A stretch of DNA of 64,000 bases from Nemertoderma westbladi (Eukaryota > Animalia > Xenacoelomorpha), in NCBI GenBank assembly GCA_032718475.1, contig JAUCBJ010004420.1:1-64000 (forward strand), given 5' to 3'. The position numbers and the translations under genes were made by a program. The stretch's first letter is position 1. The number at the start of each line of letters is the position of its first letter. The notes under the pieces were generated by a model that was given only the letters and a program-made list of their open reading frames with translations, had not been told where the DNA came from and made no database searches. Below are positions 62,286-64,000 of this stretch, one piece after another.

Positions 62286-62603
62286 ATAGAATTCTATTGA
62301 TTTTGACGATATTTGTCATTTTTAAATGTAGGAATATTTGCATTCCAATAATAAAATAGTGATGAGTGAAAATAGTGACTAGGTAGGTATTTACTTCCAA
62401 TCTCGCCATGATTGCTTTTCAGTTTGTGTTGGTATTACTTACTTACCTACTACCAGTTAGTGAATAATAAATTTATATATTATTATAAAAGAATAATCTC
62501 CTCCAGAAACTTATATACCAACATTGTAATATCAATTAATAATAATAGCACCCAGTCTTTTACAATACACGTGTAATAATGCTAATACAAATTTATATAT
62601 TAC

Positions 62604-62747
62604 CTGGGAGGCAAATCTGTGGATTGGCTGTTGGTATGAATCCAGCTTTACATTCACATTGATAGCTTCCCTCATTGTTTATACAACTTCCAGTTGTAGT
62701 GGCACTTTCAGCGCATTCGGGAGTATCAGCAGCGCACTCATCTACAT
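62604..62747 (-). CDS. Host exon: calcium-binding EGF-like domain (144 nt, phase 1-1)
   Basis: AG...GT bounded; DVDECAADTPECAESATTTGSCINNEGSYQCECKAGFIPTANPQICLP. Not in the ORF track. Confidence 0.9.
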
Positions 62748-63328
62748 CTGTTGATTAATTTATAATATTATTTATATTATTGTGATATTTAAAATAACCC
62801 AGTTTTGATGGTGTCTACACCAACTAATTCAACCTTTGCGGATCGAATTAGCAAATATTTAATTCTGTGGGATAATTAGAAGCACCTTTTTTTGTAATAT
62901 TATTCCAATATCTCAATGATGCACTAATATGGTGACTTGAGCAATCATTTTAACTTTTGTGCAATTTCTCGAGAACTAATAATTCTTGTGTTGTTTTCAT
63001 GGTCCCTACCCCCACTAAAATGATGTTTGCGATTCAAATGAGACAACTATTAGGTCTGTACAATCAACTGGAAGTGAATAAATTGAGAAGCTCCTATGTG
63101 ACTGTTGATCGTTATATTTGCGATGCTGTGAAAATCTGTAGAGAGTTTGGATTCTGAAAATCTTAAAATATTTTTGTGAAATGTTGTAGGATTCGTTTTT
63201 GTTTTGATTATAACATTTTATTTTCACTAACTCAACTAAATTTGAACAATAAAATTTTACAATACACAATATAATTTTATAATATAATTTAATTTAATAT
63301 AATTTGCTAATACAAATTTATATATTAC

Positions 63329-63469
63329 CTAGGCATATCTGTGGATTGGCGGTTGGTATGAATCCAGCTTTACAATCACATTGATAGCTTCCCTCATTGT
63401 TTGTACAACTTCCAGTTGTATTGGCACTTTCAATGCATCCGTGAGTATCATTAGCACACTCATCTACAT
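63329..63469 (-). CDS. Host exon: calcium-binding EGF-like domain (141 nt, phase 1-1)
   Basis: AG...GT bounded; DVDECANDTHGCIESANTTGSCTNNEGSYQCDCKAGFIPTANPQICL; paralog of 62604-62747 including flanking intron. Confidence 0.9.
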
Positions 63470-64000
63470 CTGTTGATTAATTTATAATATTATTTATATT
63501 ATTGTGATATTTAATATAAGCCAGAAAGGACTATCGAAAACAATAAAACCAAGATCTAAGTCAATTTATGCTGATCAAATAAGAACCGATGACTTAGTTC
63601 AACATGTGTACATAATTGCTAAATTATAATTACAACTAATTTGCTACTATTACTACTATTTGCGTGCTGCATTGCATTTGCATTCTATATGTGTATTCTG
63701 GTGTAAAATTTAATGGGATTCCGAATCCGAAATCCGTCATCTTATCGAAAAACTGATTTCAGATTCGAATCACCAAAGCGTTTTATATAGGAAAGCACTT
63801 AAAACTGTCGAAAAAAGACTGCCCCCCCCCCCCCCCCCCCTCCCTCCACCCTTAAGAATTGCTTGCATTTGATCCTGCAAATTGTGCCTGCAATTTAGGA
63901 ATGCTTGTATTTTCTATAAATAACCTAGCAGCCAACCTTTTTTACTTCACCCATCAAGCATCACTTATACGTATACTTTATTGTATAAATTGGGACCAAC

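Overview
Animal-type (metazoan) genomic DNA, not prokaryotic. Most of the window is a nest of BEL/Pao LTR retrotransposons, which I label A, X, B, Y, Z, E, D and C. It also holds LINE and Penelope fragments, two MITEs and several tandem arrays. This material appears to lie inside a ~53-kb intron of a minus-strand host gene, between two Ca-binding EGF exons (62.6-63.5 kb) and six tandem 45-nt Thr/Pro-rich micro-exons (8.1-9.1 kb). Nesting: B (+, 11829-44754) is split in pol by Y (-, 17385-39339, 5-bp TSD ACCAA), and Y is interrupted by a truncated element Z. Main observation: none of the four 5' LTRs (B, Y, Z, C) is followed by a tRNA primer-binding site. Instead, the first 8-11 nt after each LTR are the exact reverse complement of a family-specific word inside that same LTR, and pairing stops precisely at the LTR edge, suggesting tRNA-independent self-priming in a BEL/Pao lineage. 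The same lineage carries a large extra ORF after pol with a conserved Cys/His N-terminal domain, a DEDDy 3'-5' exonuclease and zinc knuckles. It also has tRNA-like A/B-box cassettes in U3, and element Y has TA...TA LTR ends. All analysis was by eye; no searches were run.
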